From an uncultured delta proteobacterium (GTDB lineage: Bacteria > Desulfobacterota > Desulfobacteria > Desulfobacterales > B30-G6): a stretch of 64,000 nt of DNA. The notes beneath the pieces were generated by a model. That model saw only the letters and a list, made by a program, of their open reading frames with translations. It was not told the DNA's origin and ran no database searches. The DNA is taken from assembly GCA_963823335.1 (NCBI GenBank), contig CAWGLD010000001.1, positions 832,001 through 896,000 of the forward strand, in the 5' to 3' direction. This document shows positions 19,867-29,331 of this stretch, one piece after another. The position numbers and the translations under genes are program-made. Numbering within the stretch: position 1 is the first letter of the stretch; each line of letters opens with the position of its first letter.

Positions 19867-20727
19867 ATGAACCCGAACAAAGCATCAACCTCAAAAATCA
19901 CACCGCAAACATCCGAGCACCTGACCGTCTGTATACTGGCCAGCGGCAGCAAGGGGAATGCCATTCTGGTCGCTGACCAAAATACCAGGGTTCTTTTTGA
20001 TGCAGGTCTGTCTGGAATTGAGATTGAACGCCGTTGCAAATCAAAAGGGTTCCATCCCGACCAATTAGATGCCATTGTCGTTTCTCACGAACACTCGGAT
20101 CACATTCAGGGTGTTGGTGTTCTGGCCCGGAGATTTGGCCTGCCGGTTCATATCTCTAAAAGAACCCGCCAGACCGCAGGCGCCTTGCTGGGGAAAATAG
20201 CCGATATTCGACATTTTGAGTGCGGAACCCCCTTTACGGTCAATACCTGGACCATTTCGCCATTTTCCATCTCCCATGATGCAGAAGACCCTGCTGGATT
20301 TACCATTCTCAACAATGGCATGAAAATCGGCATCGCCACCGATCTGGGCGTGGTCACTGCGATGGTCAAGGAACGTCTCAAGGCGTGTCAAATACTCATT
20401 CTAGAGGCGAATCATGACCCGCAGATGCTCATCAATGGACCCTATCCATGGCCCTTGAAACAACGCATCCAAAGTAGAACCGGCCATCTTTCCAATGAGG
20501 CCTCTAGAGAGCTTGTAACAGCTCTGAAACATAAAGGCCTTCAGCATGTGGTTCTCGCGCACCTGAGCGAAACCAACAACACACCCCAGAAGGCCCTGCA
20601 GGAGGTCGGTCTGGCATTGAACGATTGTAATACACAATTACATGTTGCAACCCAGGATGTTTGTGCGGAGATACTGCAAATAGAAGGGTTTAAGGGTTCA
20701 CGGATTGGAGGGTTGGCGGGTGGCTAA
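19867..20727 (+). CDS. YycJ/WalJ-like metallo-beta-lactamase hydrolase
   Basis: LASGSKGN, SHEHSDH, ISHDA, TDLG, EANHD, GHLSN, HLS. Confidence 0.88.
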   Translation: MNPNKASTSKITPQTSEHLTVCILASGSKGNAILVADQNTRVLFDAGLSGIEIERRCKSKGFHPDQLDAIVVSHEHSDHIQGVGVLARRFGLPVHISKRTRQTAGALLGKIADIRHFECGTPFTVNTWTISPFSISHDAEDPAGFTILNNGMKIGIATDLGVVTAMVKERLKACQILILEANHDPQMLINGPYPWPLKQRIQSRTGHLSNEASRELVTALKHKGLQHVVLAHLSETNNTPQKALQEVGLALNDCNTQLHVATQDVCAEILQIEGFKGSRIGGLAGG

Positions 20728-20776
20728 TAGCAATTAGCCCTAAGCCAAAAGCGACGAACAGCCTACAGTCTAAAAA
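20683..20776. repeat. Octamer+heptamer composite repeat, copy 2
   Basis: GAAGGGTT TAAGGGTT CACGGATT GGAGGGTT GGCGGGTG then GCTAATA GCAATTA GCCCTAA GCCAAAA then GCCTACA GTCTAAA. Confidence 0.7.
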
Positions 20777-20803
20777 CCAAACCAACACAATACGGAGCAG
20801 AAA

Positions 20804-21754
20804 ATGTCAGATACCATTTACGATGTCATCATCATTGGAGGCGGCCCGGGAGGGCTGACAGCTGGTATTTATGCTAAGAGAGCTGCCATGAATGCGGTCT
20901 TGATCGAAAAAGGCGCCCCCGGCGGTCAGATCATTAACTCAGATGAAGTTGAAAATTATCCGGGATTCGAACATATCAGTGGTGCCGAGCTGGGGATAAA
21001 GTTCAGCCAGCATGCCGGCAGCTATGGCCTGGAAGTCATGGGACGCGAGGTTGCGGCTATCATACCTGGTGCGGATTCGCATACCGTGAAACTGGACAAC
21101 GGTACCATCCTCAAGACGCATGCGCTGATTCTGGGCACCGGCGGAAATCCCCGAAAGCTCAATATCCCTGGCGAAAGCGAATTCTACGGGAAAGGTGTCT
21201 CTTATTGCGCAGTTTGCGACGGCTTTTTTTTCAGGGGCAAGACTGTTGTGGTGGTGGGTGGTGGCGACTCGGCAACAGAAGAAGCACTCTATCTGGCCAA
21301 GATTACCGAAAAGGTCTACATCGCCCACCGCAGAGATGCCTTGCGGGCCGGCATGCTCCTGCAACAACGTGTTTTCGATGAATGTAAAATTGAGATGCTC
21401 TGGAACACTGTCTTAACCAGTATCAAGGCCAATGACCAAGGTGTCTATGCAGTAGACCTGAAAGACACCCAGACAAACGATGAACGGGAGCTGTCAATAG
21501 ACGGCGTGTTTATCTTTATCGGGTTTGAACCCAACAACGGTATCGTACCAGCCGGTGTCAAGATGTCGGTGGAGGGCAACGTCATCACCGATGAAAAATG
21601 CGAAACTGCCATTCCCGGTATCTATGCCATCGGTGATATCAGGGAAAAATATGCCCGGCAGATAATAACAGCAGCTGCCGATGGGTGTGTGGCAGCACTT
21701 GCCGCAGCCCACTATGTGGAAGCCAAAAAAGCTAAGGATTCGTGTACCGTATAA
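20804..21754 (+). CDS. trxB: Thioredoxin-disulfide reductase
   Basis: GGGPGG, VENYPG, GVSYCAVCDG, VGGGDSA, HRR, YAIGD. Confidence 0.96.
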   Translation: MSDTIYDVIIIGGGPGGLTAGIYAKRAAMNAVLIEKGAPGGQIINSDEVENYPGFEHISGAELGIKFSQHAGSYGLEVMGREVAAIIPGADSHTVKLDNGTILKTHALILGTGGNPRKLNIPGESEFYGKGVSYCAVCDGFFFRGKTVVVVGGGDSATEEALYLAKITEKVYIAHRRDALRAGMLLQQRVFDECKIEMLWNTVLTSIKANDQGVYAVDLKDTQTNDERELSIDGVFIFIGFEPNNGIVPAGVKMSVEGNVITDEKCETAIPGIYAIGDIREKYARQIITAAADGCVAALAAAHYVEAKKAKDSCTV

Positions 21755-21850
21755 GGAGGGTGAAGGGTTTGAGGTTGGAGGGGTCAAGGGTGACTGAAAG
21801 CAATGAGCCATAAGCAGTAAGCTATAAGCTGCTAAAAGTATAGCCTAAAT
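21755..21850. repeat. Octamer+heptamer composite repeat, copy 3
   Basis: GGAGGGT GAAGGGTT TGAGGTT GGAGGGGT CAAGGGTG then ACTGAAA GCAATGA GCCATAA GCAGTAA GCTATAA. Confidence 0.7.
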
Positions 21851-21918
21851 TCCTATAATGCTATAGAGGAATGCAGGTCTCGGGTGTTTTACGGAACACT
21901 CAATATGGGAAGTTCCAA

Positions 21919-22030
21919 GTTGAGCGACTTGTCAGTTTGCTGCAGATACAAGGAAAATGTTGTTGCGCTATAGTGAACTATGCGCAATGGCATTTGACAC
22001 AGTAGCTGCGGTAAAATGGACGTCGCACAT
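21919..22030. repeat. Second copy of the hairpin element at 4757-4861
   Basis: Shared TTGAGC..TACAAGGAAAATG..CGCTATAGT..ACTATGCG..CATTTGAC..GTAG. Confidence 0.75.
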
Positions 22031-22031
22031 C

Positions 22032-22064
22032 AAAAAACAATGGGCGGCCTGACCAGGGCCGCCC
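22032..22064 (-). terminator. Intrinsic terminator (minus strand)
   Basis: GGGCGGCC-7nt-GGCCGCCC followed on the minus strand by ATTGTTTTTT. Confidence 0.75.
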
Positions 22065-22370
22065 GATGAAAAGAGAAAGGAGGTATGGATAAAAAGGAAT
22101 CAGTGATGAGTCGATTCCATGGATCCTGAGTGGCTTCCCAAAAATGCCGTTTGTTGTCCGGGTCACATCTCTTTTTTTTATTTTGAAGATGACCGGAAAA
22201 GATGCACGTACACCCGAGAAGCCTTGATAAATGTCACCTCAAACTTTCGTTCGCATTGGTTAACCTTTGGAGGCGCGAAGGCCGTCACGTGGTTTTTTTG
22301 TCGGTATTGAAGTTGGGCGACATTTTCATTCTGTATCTGACAAAGAGCATTTACTACGCGCTGTTTGATT
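22032..22370 (-). ncRNA. Candidate small RNA with anti-SD CU-rich motif
   Basis: Hairpins, then ACCUCCUUUCUCUUUUC, then terminator; sigma54-like promoter upstream; 5' end uncertain. Confidence 0.45.
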
Positions 22371-22379
22371 ATTTTATAT

Positions 22380-22395
22380 TTCAAATACTGTGCCA
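22380..22395 (-). promoter_or_regulatory. sigma54-like -24/-12 promoter
   Basis: Minus strand TGGCAC-AGTAT-TTGAA (one mismatch to TGGCAC-N5-TTGCW); palindrome TGACAAAAATTGTCA at 22483-22497 about 90 bp upstream. Confidence 0.4.
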
Positions 22396-22516
22396 AAATC
22401 ACATTTTCTTCACAACCCCTATATTTTATTGTAAATAATTTATTTTTCACATCAAAACCGCTTGACGGTTTTCAGACAAACGTGACAAAAATTGTCATGT
22501 TTTTTGCCATAAATTG

Positions 22517-23623
22517 TCATATTTGTACTAAATTGTACTCTCGAGAGCCCAATCCCAGATGTTCCGCATAAGCGAGTTGAATGGTCCAGTCAGTTTTTGG
22601 ATACAGGGTCCTGAATTTATCGGATCCGGCTTCCCTACCTTCCTTCAAGCATGAATCCGGCAGGCCCGGCTCTTTGTTCACCAGATCCACGGAAGCCTGG
22701 TCGATGGCCACAGGATCAAGGGAAGCCAGAATACCGATATCCCGCACAATGGGTGCATCTGCCACTGGCCAACAATCACATGCCGGTGACACATTGGTGA
22801 TAAAATTGATGAACAAGGATTTGTCTTGCTTGTTCTTCAATACCCCCATGGCGTATTCCACCATTTTCTCCATAAAATCCGGTATGGATTTACCGAATTG
22901 CACCTGAATGGCCATCTGAGGGCAAATGAGAATACATTCCCCACAGCCGATACATTTTTCAGGATCGATGATAGCCTTTTCCTCCGTCAGAGATATGGCG
23001 CTCTGGGAACAATGATCCATGCATCCGCCGCAACCGATACATTTTTTTCGCTTGACCTTGGGCGCGATACCTGAGTGCTGCACCAGTTTGCCGGCTCTTG
23101 AAGCACATCCCATACCCACATTCTTTAAGGCGCCGCCAAATCCGGTCAGGTCGTGCCCCTTGAAATGTGCCACCGATATAAGGGTATCTGCATTCACGAT
23201 TTCAGACCCAATGTAGGCTGTTTCCACATGTTTCTGGTTGATGAAAACTTCGGTCTGGCTGCGCCCCATCAAGCCATCGGCGATGATAATCGGTGCGTCC
23301 ACCACCACATATGAGAATCCATTCTGGATGGCGGTGATGGTGTGGTTGACAGCGTCTCCCCGTGAACCCTTGTAGAGGGTATTGGCATCTGTAACAAAGG
23401 GTCTTCCGCCTACCTCTTTGATCTTCTGGACAATTTCACGAATAAAAATAGGCCGGATAAAAGCCGTGTTGCCTTTCTCACCAAAATGGAGCTTCAAGGC
23501 CACCAGATCGCGTTTACTCACCACACCGGACAGACCCGCAGCCTCCAAAAGCTTACCAAGCTTTTGGAATAAATTGTCCTTCCAGGTTGCCCGTAAATTG
23601 ATAAAATAAACATCACTCGACAT
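22517..23623 (-). CDS. DUF362 protein with 2x[4Fe-4S] ferredoxin domain
   Basis: KLHFGEKGN, HFKGH..GFGGALKN.GMGC, CIGCGGC..C, CIGCGEC..CP, CDC. Confidence 0.9.
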   Translation of the reverse strand: MSSDVYFINLRATWKDNLFQKLGKLLEAAGLSGVVSKRDLVALKLHFGEKGNTAFIRPIFIREIVQKIKEVGGRPFVTDANTLYKGSRGDAVNHTITAIQNGFSYVVVDAPIIIADGLMGRSQTEVFINQKHVETAYIGSEIVNADTLISVAHFKGHDLTGFGGALKNVGMGCASRAGKLVQHSGIAPKVKRKKCIGCGGCMDHCSQSAISLTEEKAIIDPEKCIGCGECILICPQMAIQVQFGKSIPDFMEKMVEYAMGVLKNKQDKSLFINFITNVSPACDCWPVADAPIVRDIGILASLDPVAIDQASVDLVNKEPGLPDSCLKEGREAGSDKFRTLYPKTDWTIQLAYAEHLGLGSREYNLVQI

Positions 23624-23655
23624 GCAAACCTCCTTTGGTATATGATACGTTTCAT

Positions 23656-24336
23656 ATGGACATTATATCAAAATTAGCGCTGCTCGACCAGCTCTACAGC
23701 CTGTTTGACGCGTTTACCGACACAGAAGCCCTCGCCTGCAAGAGACAATGTGCCACCTGCTGCACCTGCAACATGACCTTGACCACGTTGGAAGGATATA
23801 AAATTATATCCCTTCTGGGTGCAAGGATAAAAGCAACTCTTGTCCAGCATATTTATGATGCTGTCGATCAAAGACGCTTTACACCGCAAATCACCACCAA
23901 CCAGATGGCTCGTCTCTGCATGACCGGTCAGGAAATTCCAGAAGAAATCATCGATCCCGCATGGGGATCCTGTCCGCTTTTGTCACAAAATGAATGCCCC
24001 ATCTATCCGATACGACCCTTTGGCTGCCGGTGCATGGTATCCAAAACCATCTGCGCTGAAACCGGGTATGCCGACATGGACACATTTACCCTCACCGTAG
24101 CGAATCTGTTCAATCAATTCATCGAACATCTGGATCAAGACGGAATGTCCGGCAACCTGATCGATGTGCTGCTGTTCCTTGATGACGAAAAAAATATTAA
24201 GGCATATCAATCGGCTAAGACGGACATTGCCGCGGAGGGATTGATCCCCAACAGCCCTATGCCGGTGCTGATGATACCCCCGGAACACCGGGAGCGGGTT
24301 GATCCACTTTTAAACGCCTTAAAGGAGCTGCTTTGA
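23656..24336 (+). CDS. YkgJ-like Cys-cluster protein
   Basis: ACKRQCATCC, CPLL..CPIYPIRPFGCR. Confidence 0.75.
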   Translation: MDIISKLALLDQLYSLFDAFTDTEALACKRQCATCCTCNMTLTTLEGYKIISLLGARIKATLVQHIYDAVDQRRFTPQITTNQMARLCMTGQEIPEEIIDPAWGSCPLLSQNECPIYPIRPFGCRCMVSKTICAETGYADMDTFTLTVANLFNQFIEHLDQDGMSGNLIDVLLFLDDEKNIKAYQSAKTDIAAEGLIPNSPMPVLMIPPEHRERVDPLLNALKELL

Positions 24337-24602
24337 AAGCCACAAACACATCAGAAGACCTTCATAGTATTCCCGGGGTCGGCCCAAAACTTGCCCAAGC
24401 ATTGATGGACCTCGGGTATCTGCGGGTTTCTCAACTGCGGGATGCTGATCCAGAACAGATGTATGAACAGCTAGGTGCGCTCCGCGGTATGCACATCGAT
24501 CGATGTGTGTTGTACGTGTTCCGGTGTGCCGTCTACTTTGCCGACAATACCGTGCATGACCGGGAGCGTTTAAAGTGGTGGAATTGGAAAGATACTCTGT
24601 AG
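24333..24602 (+). CDS. Helix-hairpin-helix protein (Cdd1/mitomycin-resistance-like)
   Basis: IPGVG..A..L.DLG, DPEQMY, DRCVLYVFRCAVY, WWNWKD. Confidence 0.8.
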   Translation: MKATNTSEDLHSIPGVGPKLAQALMDLGYLRVSQLRDADPEQMYEQLGALRGMHIDRCVLYVFRCAVYFADNTVHDRERLKWWNWKDTL

Positions 24603-24608
24603 ATCCGC

Positions 24609-25448
24609 TCAGAAGCTGATCAGCTTTTGGGCATTCTCCCCACAAACCGCGTTCATTTCCTCCTGTGTCAATCCTGCGGCCTCGAACTCCTTGAAATACC
24701 GTGAAGGTCTGATCAAGGGGAAATCCGTTCCAAAGAGGATTTTTTCCACACCGACAATGTCGATGGCGTGCCGGTAAATGGCAGGATGGTATAAAAACGG
24801 GGATGCTGCCGTGTCCAGCCAGACATTCCTCAAGGCTTCCCTGACCTCTTTTTTCAAAAGCCCATAGAAAAAGATCCCCCCGCCCCAATGGGCCAGAACG
24901 ATCTTATTGCCCTGAAATCGTGTGACAATATCGTATATCTGGGCCAGAGTGTTCTCTGATTTTCCAGGGTACATGTGCCCCACAGGTTCGTTGGTGTGAA
25001 TCAATACCGGTAGATCTTTTTCCTTGCAGATCGCCATGATGGGTGCCAGGCTGTCCCGTGCCTCACAGACAATGCCGGTTTCGTAAAAAGCCAGTTCCCC
25101 TACCCCGGACAGACCGCCGGCAATGCACCGCGTAACTTCTGAAGCGGCGCTTTCACTGCAGGTATCCAGGCAGCAGAATCCTTTGATCCGGTCCGGATAT
25201 TTTGCCACCACCTCCATGATATAATCATTGTGCATCGTCGAATATTCCTTATTTTTCCAAGGAAATCCGAATGCTACGGACACATCTACCTGTTCTTCAT
25301 CCATCACCCGGAGCATGTCACGGCCGCCGATAAGTTTGGCTTTTTCCCATGCATAGAGCATCTTGAAGGCGGGTTCGCCCATAAAATATTTTTCGCGGTT
25401 TTGCCGCATGCTTTTGGGAAACAAGTGCGTATGGAAATCGATTATCAC
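24609..25448 (-). CDS. Amidohydrolase_2 family protein
   Basis: IIDFHTH, GVGEL, LIH, LAHWGGG, DTAA, LFGTDFP. Confidence 0.88.
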   Translation of the reverse strand: MIIDFHTHLFPKSMRQNREKYFMGEPAFKMLYAWEKAKLIGGRDMLRVMDEEQVDVSVAFGFPWKNKEYSTMHNDYIMEVVAKYPDRIKGFCCLDTCSESAASEVTRCIAGGLSGVGELAFYETGIVCEARDSLAPIMAICKEKDLPVLIHTNEPVGHMYPGKSENTLAQIYDIVTRFQGNKIVLAHWGGGIFFYGLLKKEVREALRNVWLDTAASPFLYHPAIYRHAIDIVGVEKILFGTDFPLIRPSRYFKEFEAAGLTQEEMNAVCGENAQKLISF

Positions 25449-25765
25449 GTTTCACTCCTCCAGAATCGCGTGCTTCAAATTTCGTTTTCTGATCATCCCA
25501 CAGTCCGGATGCCATTTTTCTACGCTTTCCACAACCTATTTTTTAAGCACGGCTTGCCGAACGCAACAAATTGATAGATAGTATAATAAAATTATAGGAC
25601 GTTTTATCGAACGCGACATTTTCGCTCCAAAACAAAAAAATATAATTTTTACCCCTGCAGCAAGCTACAGAGTATTTCGGAATTTTTGCTTCAATCCCAT
25701 GGGTTTGCTCTTTGGCCCGGACATGTGATAACTATAAAGACAACTATTGGATAGGAGGTTTAGCG

Positions 25766-26833
25766 ATGGCGAAGCTGTTTTCACCTTTAAAAATCAAAGA
25801 CATTGTTTTCAAGAACCGTATATTCGTCTCACCCATGTGTCAGTACTCCTCTGAAAATGGACTGCCGAACACCTGGCACCTGGTGCATTTGGGCACCCGT
25901 GCCGTGGGTGGTGCCGGTTTAGTGTTCGCCGAGGCGACAGCTGTCTCCCCGGAGGGGCGGATTTCACCTGGAGATTGCGGTATCTGGTCAGATAAGCACA
26001 CGGAGGCGTTCACACCGATTGCCGCCTTTATCGAAACCCAGGGAGCGATTCCGGGAATCCAAATCGGACATGCCGGACGAAAGGCTTCCACAGACCTGCC
26101 GTGGCAAGGAGGGCTTCCGTTGACGGAAGGAAACGGCGGATGGCAACCGATCGCTCCCAGCCCTGTTGCCTTCGATAAAACACATCCCGTGCCGAGGGAA
26201 ATGACCGAAGCGGATATGGATCGTGTCGTCGCCGAGTTTACAACGGCTGCCCAAAGAAGTCTTTCGGCCGGTTTTAAAGTTCTGGAACTTCACATGGCCC
26301 ATGGGTATCTGATACATCAATTTTTGTCGCCGATATCGAATCGGCGAAATGATCTGTGGGGCGGAACGCTTGAAAACAGACTGTCTTTTCCCCTCAGGAT
26401 AGCAGCGGCTGTTCGGAACGTTTGGCCCGAAAACCTGCCCCTGTTTGTACGGATTTCCTGTACTGACTGGGTCGAAAACGGCTGGGACCTTTCCCAGTCC
26501 ATCGATTTATCAAGACGGCTCAAAGATCTGGGTGTAGACTTTATCGACTGTTCCAGCGGTGGAACCGTCCCCGATGCACGTATCCCGGCAGGTTCTGGTT
26601 TTCAAGCCGTGTTTTCAGCTGCTGTCCGCAAAGCTGTCGACCTTGCAACCGGAGCCGTAGGTTTGATTACAGCACCGGCCCAGGCCGAACAGGTTCTGGT
26701 AACCGAACAGGCCGATGCCGTTCTGCTGGGACGGGAATTTTTACGCTCGCCCTATTGGCCGATGATCGCTGGTGCCGCACTGGGTGTGGATCTGGAATGG
26801 CCGGATCAATACAAACGTGCCAAACCGATGTGA
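25766..26833 (+). CDS. NADH:flavin oxidoreductase, NamA/YqjM-type old yellow enzyme
   Basis: NRIFVSPMCQYS, HAGRKAS, HMAHGYL..FLSP.SN.R. Confidence 0.92.
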   Translation: MAKLFSPLKIKDIVFKNRIFVSPMCQYSSENGLPNTWHLVHLGTRAVGGAGLVFAEATAVSPEGRISPGDCGIWSDKHTEAFTPIAAFIETQGAIPGIQIGHAGRKASTDLPWQGGLPLTEGNGGWQPIAPSPVAFDKTHPVPREMTEADMDRVVAEFTTAAQRSLSAGFKVLELHMAHGYLIHQFLSPISNRRNDLWGGTLENRLSFPLRIAAAVRNVWPENLPLFVRISCTDWVENGWDLSQSIDLSRRLKDLGVDFIDCSSGGTVPDARIPAGSGFQAVFSAAVRKAVDLATGAVGLITAPAQAEQVLVTEQADAVLLGREFLRSPYWPMIAGAALGVDLEWPDQYKRAKPM

Positions 26834-27066
26834 GCACCGGAAACGAATAGACGGGCTATGGGAGAGAGAAATATCCTCTCAACTCAGGAACTATTTGAAA
26901 TGACTCCTTACGGAACATATTTCCGACACCGACGATTGAAGAACCTCGCAGCGACCCCCATCGAGTGTGATGGGCATACCATTGTACATTTGTTTTATGG
27001 GGCACTACAATGGCGGTCTATCTCAATAGCGCACTGTAAACAACACCGGTTAAGGAGGACTATACC

Positions 27067-28146
27067 ATGTCAATTCTTCACTCGAAAGCCGTTCTCGATC
27101 TTATATCATTACAGAATCACCTGGTCATGGCGCCCATGACGCGAAACCGCGCTACCGAAAATATCCCCAACGCACTCATGTCGGAATACTACGCACAGCG
27201 TGCCACGGCGGGACTCATTGTTACCGAGGGCACGTCGCCATCACCCAATGGCTTGGGTTATCCGCGTATACCGGGCATCTTCTCCCCGGCCCAGATCAAA
27301 GGATGGGAACCCATTACCGCTGCAGTGCATGCCAAGGGCGCGAAAATAGTCATCCAGCTCATGCACTGCGGACGAATTGCCCATCCACTGAATCTGCCTG
27401 CAGGCGCACGCATGCTGGCGCCTTCGGCGGTGGCTGCTGCGGGGGAGATGTACACGGATGCCGAAGGCATGAAACCACATCCCGTGCCGCAGGCGATGAC
27501 CGAAATAGACATCAAGTCCACCCTGGCGGAGTTTGTTCAGGCTGCAAAAAATGCCATGACAGCGGGTTTTGACGGCATCGAGCTGCACGCCGCGAATGGC
27601 TATCTGCTCGAACAGTTCATCCGCCCCAACACGAATCAGCGCATGGATCGCTATGGCGGTGCCATCGAAAACCGCGCGCGTTTTGTACTGGAAGCGGTCG
27701 ATGCGGTAATTGGTGCCGTCGGAAAAGACAAGGTAGGCATCCGGCTTTCGCCATTTGGTGTATTCAACGACATGCCGTTGTACGATGCGATGGCGGCGGA
27801 TTACACCTATCTGGCACAACAGCTAAATGCCCGCAAACTGGCCTATATTCATCTCGTAGATCACGCTGCCATGGGGGCGCCTCCGGTACCCGATACCATG
27901 AAGTCGGCCTTTCGCAAGCTATTCAAGGGGACCCTGATTCTCAGCGGCGGTTATGATGCTGAACGTTCTGAGAACGATCTGACCGCGGGCAGATGCGATC
28001 TCATCGCCGTGGGGCGTCCTTTCCTGGCCAACCCCGACCTGGTGGTTCGCTGGAAATCCGGTGCGGCCCTGAACGAACCGGATATGGCGACTTTCTACAC
28101 TCCGGGACCCAAGGGCTATACCGATTACCCGACACTTGAGAAATGA
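27067..28146 (+). CDS. Alkene reductase, NemA-type old yellow enzyme
   Basis: MAPMTRNRA, YYAQRA, HAANGYL, GRPFLANPDL, GYTDYP. Confidence 0.92.
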   Translation: MSILHSKAVLDLISLQNHLVMAPMTRNRATENIPNALMSEYYAQRATAGLIVTEGTSPSPNGLGYPRIPGIFSPAQIKGWEPITAAVHAKGAKIVIQLMHCGRIAHPLNLPAGARMLAPSAVAAAGEMYTDAEGMKPHPVPQAMTEIDIKSTLAEFVQAAKNAMTAGFDGIELHAANGYLLEQFIRPNTNQRMDRYGGAIENRARFVLEAVDAVIGAVGKDKVGIRLSPFGVFNDMPLYDAMAADYTYLAQQLNARKLAYIHLVDHAAMGAPPVPDTMKSAFRKLFKGTLILSGGYDAERSENDLTAGRCDLIAVGRPFLANPDLVVRWKSGAALNEPDMATFYTPGPKGYTDYPTLEK

Positions 28147-28176
28147 AATCGTCCATCTTAAAATATCGGGAGGTTT

Positions 28177-29331
28177 ATGGGAAAACGAATTGTTAAATAC
28201 AGCCTGCTGCTGCTTATCATTGCTCTTATTGCCTTGGGCATTAGGCACTACACACGAACCAAACCCTTGGAAGTAGCCGTAAAACCCGTTACCATCGGTA
28301 CGGTGGAACGAACGGTGGCCAATACGCGGGCAGGAACCGTCAAGGCCTGCCGCCGGGCCAAGCTTTCGCCGAGCATCGGGGGTCAAATTGCCATATTACC
28401 CATAAACAAGGGAGACGCGGTTCAGAAAGGACAATTGCTTCTGGAGATTTGGAACAAGGACCTGCTGGCCCAGGTGGCTTTGGCGAAACAGGAAATTGAC
28501 GCCGCCCGGCATCGTGTCAGATCCGTCTGTACGCGGGCGGACATTGCCCGTCAAAGTGCCGACAGACTGTCCGAATTGAACCGCATGATGGTTGGAACAC
28601 AGGAACGAACAGACACCGCGGAAGCCGAAGCCAAGGCCTTGAAAGAAGAGTGCGCAGGCGCCGACGTCGAGGTAAGTGTCCGCATGGCCCGGCTTTCCTT
28701 CGCCAAGGCCAACCTGGAACGTACCCGCCTGACGGCTCCATTCAACGGGACCGTCGCCGAAATAAACGGGGAACTGTTCGAGTACGTCACCCCATCCCCC
28801 CTGGGTGTTGCAACACCCCCTGTAGTTGACATTATCGGCAGTAATTGTTTTTATGTGATATCTCCCATCGATGAAGTGGATGCTGCCGTTATACGGGCCC
28901 AAATGCCCGCCCGCATTACCATGGATGCTTTCGGAACACGGCAGTTTGACGGTCGGGTGCGCAGAATCGCCGATTACGTGCTCGATGTCGAGAAACAGGC
29001 CCGCACCGTGGACGTGGAAATTTCCTTCGACAACCCCTCTGATATCGAAAATCTGCTGGCAGGATACAGCGCCGACATCGAAGTGATTCTTGAAGTGCGA
29101 AAGGATGTGATTCGTGTTCCCACCGAAGCGGTCATGAATAACCGGCGGGTGTTTGTGTTTTTACCGGCTGAAAAAAAGATTGTGGAAAAAGAAATTCGTA
29201 TGGGCATATCGAACTGGGATTGGACAGAAGTTCTGCAGGGGCTTTCGCCCCAGGAACTGATCGTGGTCAACGTGGACAAACCCGGTCTCAAGGACGGTGC
29301 ACCTGCCGTTCGTTTAGAGGAATCCCTGTGA
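28177..29331 (+). CDS. MacA-like periplasmic adaptor (membrane fusion protein)
   Basis: N-terminal TM, lipoyl halves (GGQI..GDAVQKG; APFNG.V), IDEVD. Confidence 0.88.
   Translation: MGKRIVKYSLLLLIIALIALGIRHYTRTKPLEVAVKPVTIGTVERTVANTRAGTVKACRRAKLSPSIGGQIAILPINKGDAVQKGQLLLEIWNKDLLAQVALAKQEIDAARHRVRSVCTRADIARQSADRLSELNRMMVGTQERTDTAEAEAKALKEECAGADVEVSVRMARLSFAKANLERTRLTAPFNGTVAEINGELFEYVTPSPLGVATPPVVDIIGSNCFYVISPIDEVDAAVIRAQMPARITMDAFGTRQFDGRVRRIADYVLDVEKQARTVDVEISFDNPSDIENLLAGYSADIEVILEVRKDVIRVPTEAVMNNRRVFVFLPAEKKIVEKEIRMGISNWDWTEVLQGLSPQELIVVNVDKPGLKDGAPAVRLEESL

Noticed and set aside
19732-21850. CRISPR array or integron attC sites
   Set aside because: No identical 25-45 bp repeats with unique spacers, no cas or integrase genes, no RYYYAAC/GTTRRRY palindromic ends
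22085-22129. Plus-strand small peptide MDKKESVMSRFHGS after AAGGAGGT
   Set aside because: The ATG directly abuts the SD (spacing too short) and the adjacent terminator is oriented for the minus strand
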